A stretch of 60,607 bases of DNA from an uncultured Anaerolineaceae bacterium (lineage in GTDB: Bacteria > Chloroflexota > Anaerolineae > Anaerolineales > UBA4823). Positions 1 through 10,341 of this stretch are shown here, in pieces. The DNA lies in contig CAZXPK010000003.1 in NCBI GenBank assembly GCA_964642565.1, positions 1-60,607 on the forward strand. Reading direction: 5' to 3'. A program made the position numbers and the translations under genes. Position 1 is the first letter of the stretch. The number at the start of each line of letters is the position of its first letter. Under the pieces are notes generated by a model. That model had not been told where the DNA came from. It did no database searches and was given only the letters and a program-made list of their open reading frames with translations.

Positions 1-160
1 ATATTAAATCGATAATGACCAGAACTTATGACAAATGGACTTGACTTTTAGGTTTAATTTGTGCTATCCTACAGCACGTTGTTGATTGGATAAAGTGATT
101 GATCATTACTTTTTTTATGAAATGTATGTAAGATATTTCGGATTTCCAGGATAGGCAAAA

Positions 161-1051
161 ATGCAACGTGAGCGTGTTGCGGATAATGTATTTTTTTTTC
201 AGAGTGATGTATATGCTCAGGTGACTGCCGGTGCAGTGATTGGTCCAAATTGGGCGGTGGTCATAGATACTCTGGCGATCCCTGAAGAGACCCTTCAAAT
301 CAGGGATTTTATTGAGCAAGAACTAAATCTTCCAATTCGATATGTCATTAATACACACTACCATGCAGATCACGCGTGGGGAAATTGCTTCTTCCCCGGT
401 GCCACTGTCATAGCTCATACCCTCTGCCGGAAGCAGCTTGCTACGAAAGGACAACAATCACTATTGGAAGCACGCAAGCAAAATCCAACCTTCCGAAGGG
501 TTAAAATTGTCCTGCCACAACTGACATTTGATGAAAGCTACCTTATACTACGGGTGGGGAAGAAAACCTTATCAATGTTTCCATTGCCAGGTCCATGTAC
601 TGATAATATTGGAGTCTTGGTTGAGGAGGATCGAGTTTTATTTGCTGGAGATGCATTTATGCCGCTCCCGTACATCGTGGATGGCAATATCGACGATACG
701 ATTGCATCTTTAAAGCGGATTAGCAAGATGGGCTTGGAAAATGTTGTCCCGGGGCATGGAGATATTGTTCTTAGGGGAGAGATTGATGGGATGGTTAAAG
801 AAAATCTGGCTTACCTGTCCGCACTGCGAAAAGGTGTTCGTAAGGCTGCTCGCCGGAAATATCCCCAGGAGATTTTATCGGAAATCGGAGTCGAAGATTG
901 TGGAAAAAGCCGGGTTCTAATTGGTGGTTTGGCTGAAGAGCTACACCGCCGTAATTTGCGTGCTTTGTATTATCAAATGTACGGAGAAATGCCAAAAGCC
1001 AACCCGAATGATGATCAAATTGATTATTTGAATCAGGAAGAAAACCAGTAA
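161..1051 (+). CDS. MBL-fold metallo-hydrolase
   Basis: 296-aa ORF starting at ATG 161. It carries the metallo-beta-lactamase HxHxDH motif (NTHYHADHAWG) and a later PGHGD ligand motif. Confidence 0.8.
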   Translation: MQRERVADNVFFFQSDVYAQVTAGAVIGPNWAVVIDTLAIPEETLQIRDFIEQELNLPIRYVINTHYHADHAWGNCFFPGATVIAHTLCRKQLATKGQQSLLEARKQNPTFRRVKIVLPQLTFDESYLILRVGKKTLSMFPLPGPCTDNIGVLVEEDRVLFAGDAFMPLPYIVDGNIDDTIASLKRISKMGLENVVPGHGDIVLRGEIDGMVKENLAYLSALRKGVRKAARRKYPQEILSEIGVEDCGKSRVLIGGLAEELHRRNLRALYYQMYGEMPKANPNDDQIDYLNQEENQ

Positions 1052-1055
1052 GTAC

Positions 1056-1721
1056 TCAACGATTTGTCTTTTTCCATTTTGCACGTAGACCTACAACACG
1101 TTCGTTCCCCTCAATCAGTCGTTTAATATTAGGCTTGAGCGACCATGCTAAAGCTAAAAATGCCAGGAACCCATATATCGCATATTGCCATGGGTTGAGG
1201 CCTAACCAGGCACGATAAGCAAATACCACAGTGGATAACAGGGCAACGCTCATGGTAGTAATGGATGCATAACCACCGAATAAATAGATTAAACCGCCTA
1301 AGGGTACGATTACGAATAAACTCGGCAACCACAAGCCAATCGATCCTCCCAGGCAGGGTGCACCACCTGCTCCACCACGGAATCGTAACCGACCTTTTTC
1401 ATTACGCTCAATCAGGAAAGCTGAATAATTGTGGCCGATGATTGATAGGAATGGAGCCAACACTTCGAGCCAGACGTGGTTCCCAGCAATTAATGCGTGG
1501 CTAAAAAATACTGCGCCAACGCCTTTTAAAACGTCAAATAATGCGGTTGCCAAACCTGCCCACACCCCTGCAGCGCGCATGGCATTCGTACCGCCAGTTC
1601 GACCGCTCTCCACAGTGCGAATGTCCTTGCCAGTGGTTAATTTTACAATTATTAATCCAAATGGGATCGAACCGATTAAATACGCTAATAATAGTACGCC
1701 AATACTAGATAGAATCACCAT
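1056..1721 (-). CDS. plsY: glycerol-3-phosphate acyltransferase PlsY
   Basis: 221-aa polytopic membrane protein. The N-terminus GSIPFGLIIVKLTTGKDIR...GRTGGTNA resembles the PlsY signature. Confidence 0.7.
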   Translation of the reverse strand: MVILSSIGVLLLAYLIGSIPFGLIIVKLTTGKDIRTVESGRTGGTNAMRAAGVWAGLATALFDVLKGVGAVFFSHALIAGNHVWLEVLAPFLSIIGHNYSAFLIERNEKGRLRFRGGAGGAPCLGGSIGLWLPSLFVIVPLGGLIYLFGGYASITTMSVALLSTVVFAYRAWLGLNPWQYAIYGFLAFLALAWSLKPNIKRLIEGNERVVGLRAKWKKTNR

Positions 1722-1782
1722 ATTAACTTATTCCTCCTTTAACACCTTTGGCACCTAATACAACACATACAATAGTATATCG

Positions 1783-2208
1783 TTACTTATTTGACGAGAT
1801 TATCACCGGTACCTCACCTGTACCAGTCTGAGATTGCATCAAATATCCACGACATTGCCATTTATTGGCATCATGATACCAGATTAAATAGATTATTCCT
1901 GGAAAAGTAAGCTCATTATAATCTGTAGCCGATGGACTATTTATACCATCTGGATGTGAATGATAGATGGCCAATATGTCCCATCCATTATCTTCTACGA
2001 GAAGAAACGCTTTGAGCTGTTCTTCTGGATCCATGCGAAACCGGTATGTGTCATGTAGAATATTCGTGACCGGGATGACCAGCCTGGAATGATTCCCCTC
2101 CCCAGCTACAAGCCCACAAGCTTCTTCAGGTGTTTTAGCTGAGACATCTGCTTCCATCTGCGCCCAATGCTCTGGGGTTAAATATATACCAAACGATAAC
2201 GGGTTCAT
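1783..2208 (-). CDS. JAMM/MPN+ family metalloprotease (Mov34)
   Basis: Contains the EACG element and the JAMM motif HSHPDGINSPSATD. I chose the ATG at 2208 because it forms an ATGA overlap with the stop of the upstream membrane-protein gene; the ORF track extends to 2232. Confidence 0.75.
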   Translation of the reverse strand: MNPLSFGIYLTPEHWAQMEADVSAKTPEEACGLVAGEGNHSRLVIPVTNILHDTYRFRMDPEEQLKAFLLVEDNGWDILAIYHSHPDGINSPSATDYNELTFPGIIYLIWYHDANKWQCRGYLMQSQTGTGEVPVIISSNK

Positions 2209-3026
2209 CGGATGATTAATGCAGCCCCCCAAGCAATCAGTATGCTGAGAACAGGCTCAAAAACCATCTGTCGGACAGGTTTTTCTTCGATAAGGTTACA
2301 AAACAAGCTCATCAAGGCATAAGATGGTCCCAACAAGACAAGTCCAAATGCTATTGGGGTGAGGGGCCAATAATTGAAAGCCGCTGTGATTTGACCAACT
2401 ACAAAGGCAATAATGGCCGATTCATAGATGGTCCATTCACCATGTAATCTCAGGTTTGTCACCCTGAGACTGACCAACCAGGCTGCAAAAACCAAAGCGG
2501 GTATATTGTACAGTAAACGTATCCCACCCGCACGCAATGCTCCGGCTAACACGAGGAATAATGCAAATGACACTGCTGATAGCGCTGCACTTGCCAATGA
2601 TAAGTGAATATCCTGCGGGTCAACGGCGATATACTCTGCAATTAGTACCAACACTAAAATGAATGCACCGCATATCAGGCCAATCCACCATCCTATGCCA
2701 ACCGGTATTCCACTAAGTGGGATCCCAATGACTAATGCAGTGAGGGCAGGTAAGATTGCATGCTCCAAAGCATGCTTCCCCTGAGCAGCAGGATGATCGC
2801 GCATGAGCCAATTTGCCCCTGAAGCTGTCATACAAGCGACAAGCAGGGACGTAACCATACTGACATTAATATTGAATTCGATATATAAACCTGGTAGCTG
2901 ACTGGATATCTGCCAGCTTGGCAAGTCAATAAATCTCTCGAGGGTATATGCCAATACGATCATGGCTGCCACCACACTTAAGTGATCAATATTAGGAAGG
3001 TTTTGTCCGCGCGCCTGACCTTGCAT
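2205..3026 (-). CDS. polytopic membrane protein, function unknown
   Basis: 273-aa ORF with many hydrophobic helices. No catalytic motif recognised. Translationally coupled to the JAMM gene. Confidence 0.55.
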   Translation of the reverse strand: MQGQARGQNLPNIDHLSVVAAMIVLAYTLERFIDLPSWQISSQLPGLYIEFNINVSMVTSLLVACMTASGANWLMRDHPAAQGKHALEHAILPALTALVIGIPLSGIPVGIGWWIGLICGAFILVLVLIAEYIAVDPQDIHLSLASAALSAVSFALFLVLAGALRAGGIRLLYNIPALVFAAWLVSLRVTNLRLHGEWTIYESAIIAFVVGQITAAFNYWPLTPIAFGLVLLGPSYALMSLFCNLIEEKPVRQMVFEPVLSILIAWGAALIIR

Positions 3027-3122
3027 ATATTGATTTTACCCTTCCCCTGATAAATCACCAAGAAGTATTATTTCCTTGACGTTTTATGATCAATCGCTTA
3101 GGATTATTAATTAGAGGGCGTT

Positions 3123-4322
3123 ATGAGAATAGGAATGATGGCAGATATCTATAAGACACAGGTAAGCGGTGTGACCAATTCCATTGCATTAAGTAAGTGT
3201 TGGTTGGAAAAAGAGGGGCATGAAGTTTACATCTTCACCTTTGGGGATGATGAAGTCATCGATGATGAAAAGAATATTATTCGAACAACGGGCGTACCTG
3301 TCGTAGATACTGGAATCTATCTTAATCTTCGCTACAATAGACAGGCAAGAAGATTGTTATATTCGATGGATATTACCCACGTCCACCATCCCTTTGTAAG
3401 TGGTTCGCTTGCGATGCGTTACTGCGTTCCCAGGAATATCCCGGTCGTCTTTACCAATCATACACGTTACGATTTACTAACTCAGGCATACTTACCAATT
3501 CTCCCTGAAACAATAGGTGATGCAGCCTTAAAGGCTTATTTATCACCCTTTTACCGGGCATGTGACCTGGTGATCGTCCCATCACCGAGTATGCGTCAAG
3601 TCCTGGTAGAGCATTTTGGCTTAGATTCACCCGTCGTAGTGATCCCAAATGGGCTGGATCTGACCCCATATCGAGCAGATATCCAACCCGTTGACCGTAC
3701 TCTATTTGGTTATTCGACCAATGATGTCATCTCCATCTACGTTGGCCGATTATCACCAGAGAAGAATTTATCCTTACTCATCAGAGCATTTTATGGTGTT
3801 GCGATGACATATGATCATGTCCGTTTACTGGTGGTTGGAGACGGCCCAGAGCGGGAAAACCTGGAAGCTCAAGTTAAATATATGAATATCGGTAGCAAGG
3901 TATATTTTACGGGCATGGTCGACTACAAAGATATACCAGCATATTTGGCTGCCTCCGATATTTTTGTGACCCCATCCAGCGCCGAGACATTTGGACTATC
4001 AACGGTAGAAGCAATGGCTGCAGGATTACCCGCCTTGGGGATAGATTCTCCCGGAACCGGAGACATCATTGAAGATGGGATTACTGGCTTTATTGCGACG
4101 GACGATCTGGCAGTTTTCACTGCTAAGCTTGTGCTGCTCTCAACCAACCACGAGCTCCGGCGAGTTATGGGAAAGCAGGCTGTTCAAGCATCAAAGAAGT
4201 ATGACATCCAAACCACAACACGCGTTCTTGTTCAGCATTATCAACAACTCGTCGAAAAAACCAAACGACGCCATAAAGGTGCTCATTACAAACTCACCCG
4301 GTTTCTAGACAGGTTTCAATGA
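3123..4322 (+). CDS. glycosyltransferase family 4 (GT-B fold)
   Basis: 399 aa. The C-terminal sugar-nucleotide binding region matches GT4/GT1 enzymes (VGRLSPEKN ... SSAETFGLSTVEAMAAGLPALG). AGAGGG RBS upstream. Confidence 0.8.
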   Translation: MRIGMMADIYKTQVSGVTNSIALSKCWLEKEGHEVYIFTFGDDEVIDDEKNIIRTTGVPVVDTGIYLNLRYNRQARRLLYSMDITHVHHPFVSGSLAMRYCVPRNIPVVFTNHTRYDLLTQAYLPILPETIGDAALKAYLSPFYRACDLVIVPSPSMRQVLVEHFGLDSPVVVIPNGLDLTPYRADIQPVDRTLFGYSTNDVISIYVGRLSPEKNLSLLIRAFYGVAMTYDHVRLLVVGDGPERENLEAQVKYMNIGSKVYFTGMVDYKDIPAYLAASDIFVTPSSAETFGLSTVEAMAAGLPALGIDSPGTGDIIEDGITGFIATDDLAVFTAKLVLLSTNHELRRVMGKQAVQASKKYDIQTTTRVLVQHYQQLVEKTKRRHKGAHYKLTRFLDRFQ

Positions 4323-4687
4323 AATCTGCTCGGCGTCAATCATTAGGGCGTTTCGGTGAATCCATCGCTGCCGCATTCCTTGAAAAAAAAGGTTATACCA
4401 TATTGGAAAGAAATTGGCGAACACCCTATGGTGAAATAGATTTAATCGCCATGAAAAACGATGTGATCGCCTTTGTGGAGGTTAAAACAAGAGCCAGTAG
4501 CTCATTAGGACCTCCTGAAATATCGATTACCCCTCGAAAAGAAGAACACATGCGCAGTGCGGCAGAATATTTCATTCAGCAGCATCCAGAGTCGATCAAT
4601 GATTGGCGTATCGATGCTATCACGATACAAATCCAAGCTAATAATTCCCCTCCGCTAATTGATCATTTTGAAAATGCCATCAATTGA
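4319..4687 (+). CDS. yraN: YraN-family (UPF0102) endonuclease-like protein
   Basis: 122 aa. GEIDLIA ... VAFVEVKTR matches the restriction-endonuclease-like YraN core. ATGA overlap with the GT4 stop. Confidence 0.75.
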   Translation: MKSARRQSLGRFGESIAAAFLEKKGYTILERNWRTPYGEIDLIAMKNDVIAFVEVKTRASSSLGPPEISITPRKEEHMRSAAEYFIQQHPESINDWRIDAITIQIQANNSPPLIDHFENAIN

Positions 4688-4724
4688 GAAGCCTCAACAA
4701 GGTTTGACCCAGGAAAATCAAAAT

Positions 4725-5657
4725 ATGAAAATCCCACTGGTTGTGATCCTTGGTCCAACCGCGGTTGGTAAAACTGAGATCGCCATACGGCTTGCTGAAC
4801 GATTTAAAGGGGAAATCGTCTCAGCTGATTCCAGATTGTTTTACCGAGGAATGGATATTGGCACCGCCAAGCCGACCAAGCAGGAGCGATCGCTTGTGCC
4901 TCATTATCTAATCGATGTGGCTGACCCGGATGAGATTTGGAGTCTCGCATTATTCCAATTGGAAGCGAAAAAAGCCATTTATAGAATATATGATAATCAT
5001 CACTTACCATTCCTGGTGGGAGGGACGGGGCAATTTGTGCGCTCAATTATCGAGGGTTGGAGGATCCCCTCCGTGGAACCTAATCCCCGCCTTCGAGAGA
5101 TGCTTACTCAATTGTCCAATAGGGTGGGACCAGCTGAGCTACACTCAAAACTATTAGCACTTGACCCTCAAGCAGCGAACTCAATCGATCCAACCAATGT
5201 TCGCCGAACTGTCCGTGCGCTGGAGGTGATCCTTACTACCGGAAAGCGGTTTTCAGACCAAAAATCACGTGGTTATCGACTTTATGATCCTTTATTATTA
5301 GGGTTGACCCTCCCTCGGGTTGAGTTATATCAACGCATTGATGACCGAATCACCAAAATGATAAATTCAGGTTTCATTGATGAAGTCCAGCGATTATTGG
5401 ATATGGGCTATTCACCCGATTTACCGACCTTATCGGCGATTGGTTACGGGGAGATGGTCGCATACATCCAGGGAAAGATCACCATTGAAGAAGCCATCAT
5501 GTCGATGAAACGCCGAACAAGAAACTACGCGCGACGCCAAGCGAATTGGTTCAAAGAGAATGATCCTGATATTCACTGGTTTCAAATGACTGAAGATATG
5601 GTAGGAGAAATCGAGAAATTGATCGGGGATTGGCTTACGACAGTGAACACTGATTGA
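4725..5657 (+). CDS. miaA: tRNA dimethylallyltransferase MiaA
   Basis: P-loop GPTAVGKTEIAIRLA followed by IVSADSRLFYRGMDIGTAKP. I preferred the internal ATG at 4725 (MKIPLVVILGPT) over the ORF-track start at 4659, which overlaps yraN. Confidence 0.9.
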   Translation: MKIPLVVILGPTAVGKTEIAIRLAERFKGEIVSADSRLFYRGMDIGTAKPTKQERSLVPHYLIDVADPDEIWSLALFQLEAKKAIYRIYDNHHLPFLVGGTGQFVRSIIEGWRIPSVEPNPRLREMLTQLSNRVGPAELHSKLLALDPQAANSIDPTNVRRTVRALEVILTTGKRFSDQKSRGYRLYDPLLLGLTLPRVELYQRIDDRITKMINSGFIDEVQRLLDMGYSPDLPTLSAIGYGEMVAYIQGKITIEEAIMSMKRRTRNYARRQANWFKENDPDIHWFQMTEDMVGEIEKLIGDWLTTVNTD

Positions 5658-5704
5658 AATCCACCAGAATTATAAATGACTACGATGATTGATCACTTTT
5701 CTAA

Positions 5705-5733
5705 TTGACATCCAAGTAAGAAAATCCTATACT
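5705..5733 (+). promoter_or_regulatory. candidate sigma70-type promoter (TTGACA-N17-TATACT)
   Basis: TTGACA at 5705-5710, a 17-nt spacer, TATACT at 5728-5733. It lies about 45 nt upstream of the AGGAGG RBS and ATG of the acyl-CoA ligase gene. Confidence 0.45.
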
Positions 5734-5776
5734 AATCATAACTAATCAATCAACCTTTCGCTCAAAGGAGGAGAAT

Positions 5777-7468
5777 ATGGAAGGTCATCCGTGGCTAAAA
5801 CTTTATGATAAAGGTGTACCTGAGCATATCGAATACCCCGCTATTCCACTATTCGGATTGCTAGAAGAATCGGCTCAAAAATATCCGGATAGTCCTTGCA
5901 CAATATTCAAGGGGGCGGTAATCACGTACAGTGAAATTAATAAGTTGACCGATCAATTGGCAGTGGGAATTGCAGAGCTTGGCGTAAAAAAGGGTGACCG
6001 GGTGGGTATTTTTATGCCCAACACGCCTCAATTTGTCCTCACATTTTTCGCTATTCTTAAAGCGGGCGCAGTTGTGGTCTCTATAAACCCACTCTACCAA
6101 CCCAGGGAAATCATCCATCACGTGAACGATGCTGGGATCGAAGTCATGTTTGTGATGAGCAATTTTTATAAGCTCATTAAGCAAGCTCAACCCGATACAA
6201 AAATTAAGAAAATCGTGGTTTCGAACCTTAAGGAATATCTTCCACCTGTCCTGGCATTTTTGTTTGGCCTCACAAAGGAGAAAAAAGGTGGTTTCAGGGT
6301 TGAGCTAGCTCAAGGAGATATCTGGTTTAAGGATCTGATTGCTCGTCATAAACCCGAAGAGCGTCCAAAGCTTGATATGGGACCTGAAGATATTGCGATT
6401 TTCCAATATAGTGGTGGTACCACCGGGATTTCCAAAGGAGCGATTGCACTTCATCGTAACCTGGTTGCTAATTCCCTACAGGTACGAAGTTGGTTACCTA
6501 CAGCAATAGATGGAAAAGAAACAGTGCTCATGGCGATACCTCTATTCCATGTATATGGGATGGTCGCAGGTATGTTATTTGCCATTCGAAGTGGTGCTTC
6601 GATGGTTATGATCCCTAATCCTCGTGACATAAAGGATGTCTTAACCAGCATTCAAAAGTATAAAGCCTCCATCTTCCCTGGCGTCCCCACCCAATACAAT
6701 GCCATTAATATCAATCCAGATGTCATTGCGGGAAAATATGACCTCAGCTCGATCAAAGGCTGCATTTCCGGTTCTGCTCCATTAATGCGCGAGACCAAGG
6801 AGAAATTCGAAGCACTAACCGGTGGAAAATTGGTAGAAGGCTACGGATTATCCGAAGCTCCTACTGCTACCCATTGTAATCCCTTGTATGGCGATATCCG
6901 CACGGGATCAATTGGGCTACCTTTACCTGATGTTGACTGCCGTATTATCAGCCTGGATGATGGGGTCACCCCACTTAAGCCCGGTGAAATTGGAGAATTG
7001 TGTATCCAAGGACCCCAGGTGATGAAAGGCTATCACAACATGCCCACCGAGACAGCCAACACCTTACGTGACGGCTGGCTCTATACTGGTGATATTGCCA
7101 AAATGGATGAGGACGGTTATTTTTATATCGTTGACCGCAAGAAGGAATTAATAAAACCGGGTGGTTATCAGGTCTGGCCACGTGAGGTGGAGGAAGTGAT
7201 TTCCACCTATCCAAAGGTGCTCGAAGTCGGTGTAGCAGGAGTTATGGACGCCTATCGTGGTGAAACTGTTAAAGCCTGGGTTGTCTTGAAACCAAATGAA
7301 ACCGCCACCGAAGAAGAAATCCGAGATTATTGTAAAAAGAATATGGCTCCATTCAAGGTACCCACCCAGGTTGAATTCAGGACTGAGCTCCCCAAAACCA
7401 CCGTTGGGAAAGTCCTACGACGTGAGTTGGTAAAGGAGCATATGGAAAAATTAGCGACAAGCAAATAG
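5777..7468 (+). CDS. fadD: long-chain fatty-acid--CoA ligase (AMP-forming, ANL superfamily)
   Basis: 563 aa. AMP-binding motif YSGGTTGISKGA, plus GYGLSE and YTGDIA...GYFYIVDRKK motifs. AGGAGG RBS. Confidence 0.85.
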   Translation: MEGHPWLKLYDKGVPEHIEYPAIPLFGLLEESAQKYPDSPCTIFKGAVITYSEINKLTDQLAVGIAELGVKKGDRVGIFMPNTPQFVLTFFAILKAGAVVVSINPLYQPREIIHHVNDAGIEVMFVMSNFYKLIKQAQPDTKIKKIVVSNLKEYLPPVLAFLFGLTKEKKGGFRVELAQGDIWFKDLIARHKPEERPKLDMGPEDIAIFQYSGGTTGISKGAIALHRNLVANSLQVRSWLPTAIDGKETVLMAIPLFHVYGMVAGMLFAIRSGASMVMIPNPRDIKDVLTSIQKYKASIFPGVPTQYNAININPDVIAGKYDLSSIKGCISGSAPLMRETKEKFEALTGGKLVEGYGLSEAPTATHCNPLYGDIRTGSIGLPLPDVDCRIISLDDGVTPLKPGEIGELCIQGPQVMKGYHNMPTETANTLRDGWLYTGDIAKMDEDGYFYIVDRKKELIKPGGYQVWPREVEEVISTYPKVLEVGVAGVMDAYRGETVKAWVVLKPNETATEEEIRDYCKKNMAPFKVPTQVEFRTELPKTTVGKVLRRELVKEHMEKLATSK

Positions 7469-7487
7469 GATCGCAACTGTTTACACG

Positions 7488-7535
7488 AAAATCCGTCGGA
7501 GAGAAATTTAACCCTTTCCGACGGATTTTATTTTA
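7488..7535. terminator. bidirectional rho-independent terminator
   Basis: Perfect 10-bp stem ATCCGTCGGA (7491-7500) / TCCGACGGAT (7517-7526). It is flanked by an A-run and TTTTATTTT, and sits between convergent genes. Confidence 0.75.
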
Positions 7536-7541
7536 CAACAC

Positions 7542-10325
7542 TTACTCATGCGTCAATTTATTAACCAAAGTTGGCAGTAAGTCAGGATCAGATAAGTGGA
7601 TCCGCATTACGCGCCGGCTTCGCGCCTCCAAAGCCTCCACGTCACCCAAGGCCTGTCCATGTTCCAAAATACCGAAACTTAACCCTTCATCAGGGATATC
7701 CACATCAGTCTCAGGATCAGCAGTAATTACGAGAAACAAACCATTATTTTTCCCACCTTTGTGCAGCTGTCCAGTCGAGTGCTGGAAACGCGGTCCAAAA
7801 CCAACCATGGTCGCCAATTTGGTTTTTGCCCTTACCCATATGCGTAGCTCCTGTAAGCTGGCAGCATTCTTACGATCCCGCTTGACGTATGCGTTAATAG
7901 CAACATAGTCCTTTGGTTTCCCTGATTTGAGAAATTGGTCCACAAGCTGGGATAACTGCCTGCCATCTGAGGTCAGATCACCGAATAAGGAAATTCCATG
8001 ATCTTCGAATATCGGCTTATTTTCATTAAAAATATTATGCTCCTGATAATATGATATTTTAGCAACCGTACGATTCTTACTATCCTGTACGTCTGGTTGG
8101 TCAAAGGCATCAACCCCGAATATTGAGCAAGCAGTAGCGATGGCAAATTCCCATTTATAAAACTCAGAACCCAGCGCATAATTTTCCAGAAAATCCTGGT
8201 TCAACACGGGATGCCCCGCTTTACGAAGCAGTTTTATCTTGCCATCATACTTACCAGTGCGTCGCAAATAAACAAATAACCGGTCGTTTCCATACAGATC
8301 GGGATTTGCTGGCACCTCACCATCGACCGGAAGGATACCTTTCCCTTGCTTACCACTACTCTCAGCAACTAGTTGTTCCAACCAGGACCCGAATGGTGAT
8401 AGTTCTGGGTCAGCAATAATGGTTAATTTATCTCTACCATGCATGGCAGCTTCACCAAGTATCGTCCCCAGGACAATCCCTGGATTACGTCCATAGGGCT
8501 GGTTGGCACTACACTCCGATACCATCCTAGATGCACAGCTGAGTAGTTGCGACACATCAATTCCCATCAAAGCTGCTGGAATCAGGCCAAAAGCCGTGAG
8601 AGCTGAATATCGCCCACCAACATTGGCATCGGCGAGGAAAATCTTGCGGAATCTCCGGTCAAACGCCATCTTTTCCAAGGAAGTACCCGGATCTGTGATG
8701 GCAATAAAATGCTCCGGAGCCTTATCCCCTACTGATCGATGTGCTCGCTTCCAAAAATAATCGTATAGAGCTTTGACTTCTGCAGTCCCACCAGACTTGC
8801 TCGAGACGATAAACAATGTGCTTGCGACGGGATTCTTTTGGGCCGCGGTTAACACCTGGGCTGGGTCGGTGGAATCCAGGATGGTTAGCTTCAGTCCCGA
8901 GACCATATCCTTAAAAATCAAACTCATCACTTCTGGCGCTAATGAAGAGCCACCCATTCCCAAAAGCAGTGCATGAGTGTAGCCAGCTGTTTGTACTTCA
9001 GCAGTGAATTTTTTTAATTCAGCCAGCAAAGCCATGCTGGTATTAGGCGAGGTAAGCCAACCCATGCGCATACGCACCTCTTCCTTACCCTTTGGATCAT
9101 TGGTCCAAAGCGAGGCGTCCTTTGAAAAGAAACGCTTAAGAAAATCATCGGATTGTAATTGGGTGACTCGCATGTAAACTGATTTGGTCAATGGACCAAG
9201 CTCGAACAATGCGCTTTCGCGTCTTAATTTCACGGTGACAAGTAATGAGTCGTAGGCTTCAGAAAATGCGTTCACTCCCTCTTCTTCCAGCTCTTGGGTC
9301 ACTTTCTGCATCGATATACCTACAGCTTCAAGGTTAGAAAATGCTTTCCGCGCTTCATCCAGGTCTTTTTCGATGGTCAGTTGGACCTTACCATGCTCCC
9401 GAAAAGCTTCCAGTGTTTGTGGCGGGACGGTATTGATGGTATGATTCCCAATTAATTCATCCACATACATTGTGTCAGGATAGGCGGGATTTTTCGTGCT
9501 TGTGGAAGCCCATAAAGGTCGTTGCAGTCTTGCCCCTTTTGCTTTTAATTTACGAAAACGCTCACCCTCGAACACTTTCCGAAATTCTTGATATGCCAGA
9601 CGAGCATTGGCGATGGCAATTTTCCCCATTAGCAGCCTGGCGATTTGGGCTTTACGACCAGATGATTGGATGATCGGCTCAAGGTATTTATCAACTTTTG
9701 TATCAATCCGCGAGACAAAAAAAGATGCTACCGAATTGATGTGATCGATAGGTTTCCCTGCTCTAATGCGGTCCTCTAAACCCGACAGATAGGCTTCCAT
9801 TACACCTTTATATCGATCTATGGAGAATATCAAGGTAATATTGATATTAATCCCAGCAGCAATGGAATGGCGTATTGCAGGTAGACCCGGCTCTGTAGCT
9901 GGAATCTTGATCATCACATTCGGTCGACGGACAATATCCCATAAACGTTGGGCTTCTGCGATAGTTTTATCGGTGTCGTAAGCCATGTCTGGCCTAACTT
10001 CCAGGCTAACAAACCCATCCCCACCATGCGTCTTGTCGAACAAAGGTCTTAATAAATCTGCAACCCTCTCGATATCTTCAATCATTAATTGTTCCAGGAT
10101 CATTTTATCGTTATATCCCGCCCAAGACATGGGGATCAATGCAGAGTCATAATCTTTCGATTTCGCAATCGCGTGATTAAATATGCTAGGATTAGAAGTC
10201 AGACCCCTGATATCACCTTGATTGATCAACACCGCTAATTCGCCGTTTTCAAGGATACGGCGTTCCATATAATCGTACCAAAGAGACTGACCTAAGTCAG
10301 TCAATTTTGAAATTCTGGAAGACAT
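7542..10325 (-). CDS. bifunctional transaldolase / glucose-6-phosphate isomerase
   Basis: 927-aa continuous ORF. The N-terminal part is transaldolase-like (LGQSLWYDY...GLTSNPSIF). The C-terminal roughly 550 aa is PGI-like (SKSGGTAE, GGRYS motifs). Confidence 0.85.
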   Translation of the reverse strand: MSSRISKLTDLGQSLWYDYMERRILENGELAVLINQGDIRGLTSNPSIFNHAIAKSKDYDSALIPMSWAGYNDKMILEQLMIEDIERVADLLRPLFDKTHGGDGFVSLEVRPDMAYDTDKTIAEAQRLWDIVRRPNVMIKIPATEPGLPAIRHSIAAGININITLIFSIDRYKGVMEAYLSGLEDRIRAGKPIDHINSVASFFVSRIDTKVDKYLEPIIQSSGRKAQIARLLMGKIAIANARLAYQEFRKVFEGERFRKLKAKGARLQRPLWASTSTKNPAYPDTMYVDELIGNHTINTVPPQTLEAFREHGKVQLTIEKDLDEARKAFSNLEAVGISMQKVTQELEEEGVNAFSEAYDSLLVTVKLRRESALFELGPLTKSVYMRVTQLQSDDFLKRFFSKDASLWTNDPKGKEEVRMRMGWLTSPNTSMALLAELKKFTAEVQTAGYTHALLLGMGGSSLAPEVMSLIFKDMVSGLKLTILDSTDPAQVLTAAQKNPVASTLFIVSSKSGGTAEVKALYDYFWKRAHRSVGDKAPEHFIAITDPGTSLEKMAFDRRFRKIFLADANVGGRYSALTAFGLIPAALMGIDVSQLLSCASRMVSECSANQPYGRNPGIVLGTILGEAAMHGRDKLTIIADPELSPFGSWLEQLVAESSGKQGKGILPVDGEVPANPDLYGNDRLFVYLRRTGKYDGKIKLLRKAGHPVLNQDFLENYALGSEFYKWEFAIATACSIFGVDAFDQPDVQDSKNRTVAKISYYQEHNIFNENKPIFEDHGISLFGDLTSDGRQLSQLVDQFLKSGKPKDYVAINAYVKRDRKNAASLQELRIWVRAKTKLATMVGFGPRFQHSTGQLHKGGKNNGLFLVITADPETDVDIPDEGLSFGILEHGQALGDVEALEARSRRVMRIHLSDPDLLPTLVNKLTHE

Positions 10326-10341
10326 TTTGCCTCCTTAATCT

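Noticed and set aside
26-319. A 97-aa minus-strand ORF at the left edge of the window.
   Set aside because: It overlaps the well-supported MBL hydrolase start and the AT-rich upstream region. Its composition is low-complexity and it has no motif or RBS. It is likely spurious.
7542-10325. The 927-aa transaldolase-PGI ORF as a possible assembly artefact or novel fusion.
   Set aside because: The reading frame is continuous. As far as I recall, bifunctional transaldolase/phosphoglucose isomerase genes are already annotated in several bacterial lineages, so it is not novel.
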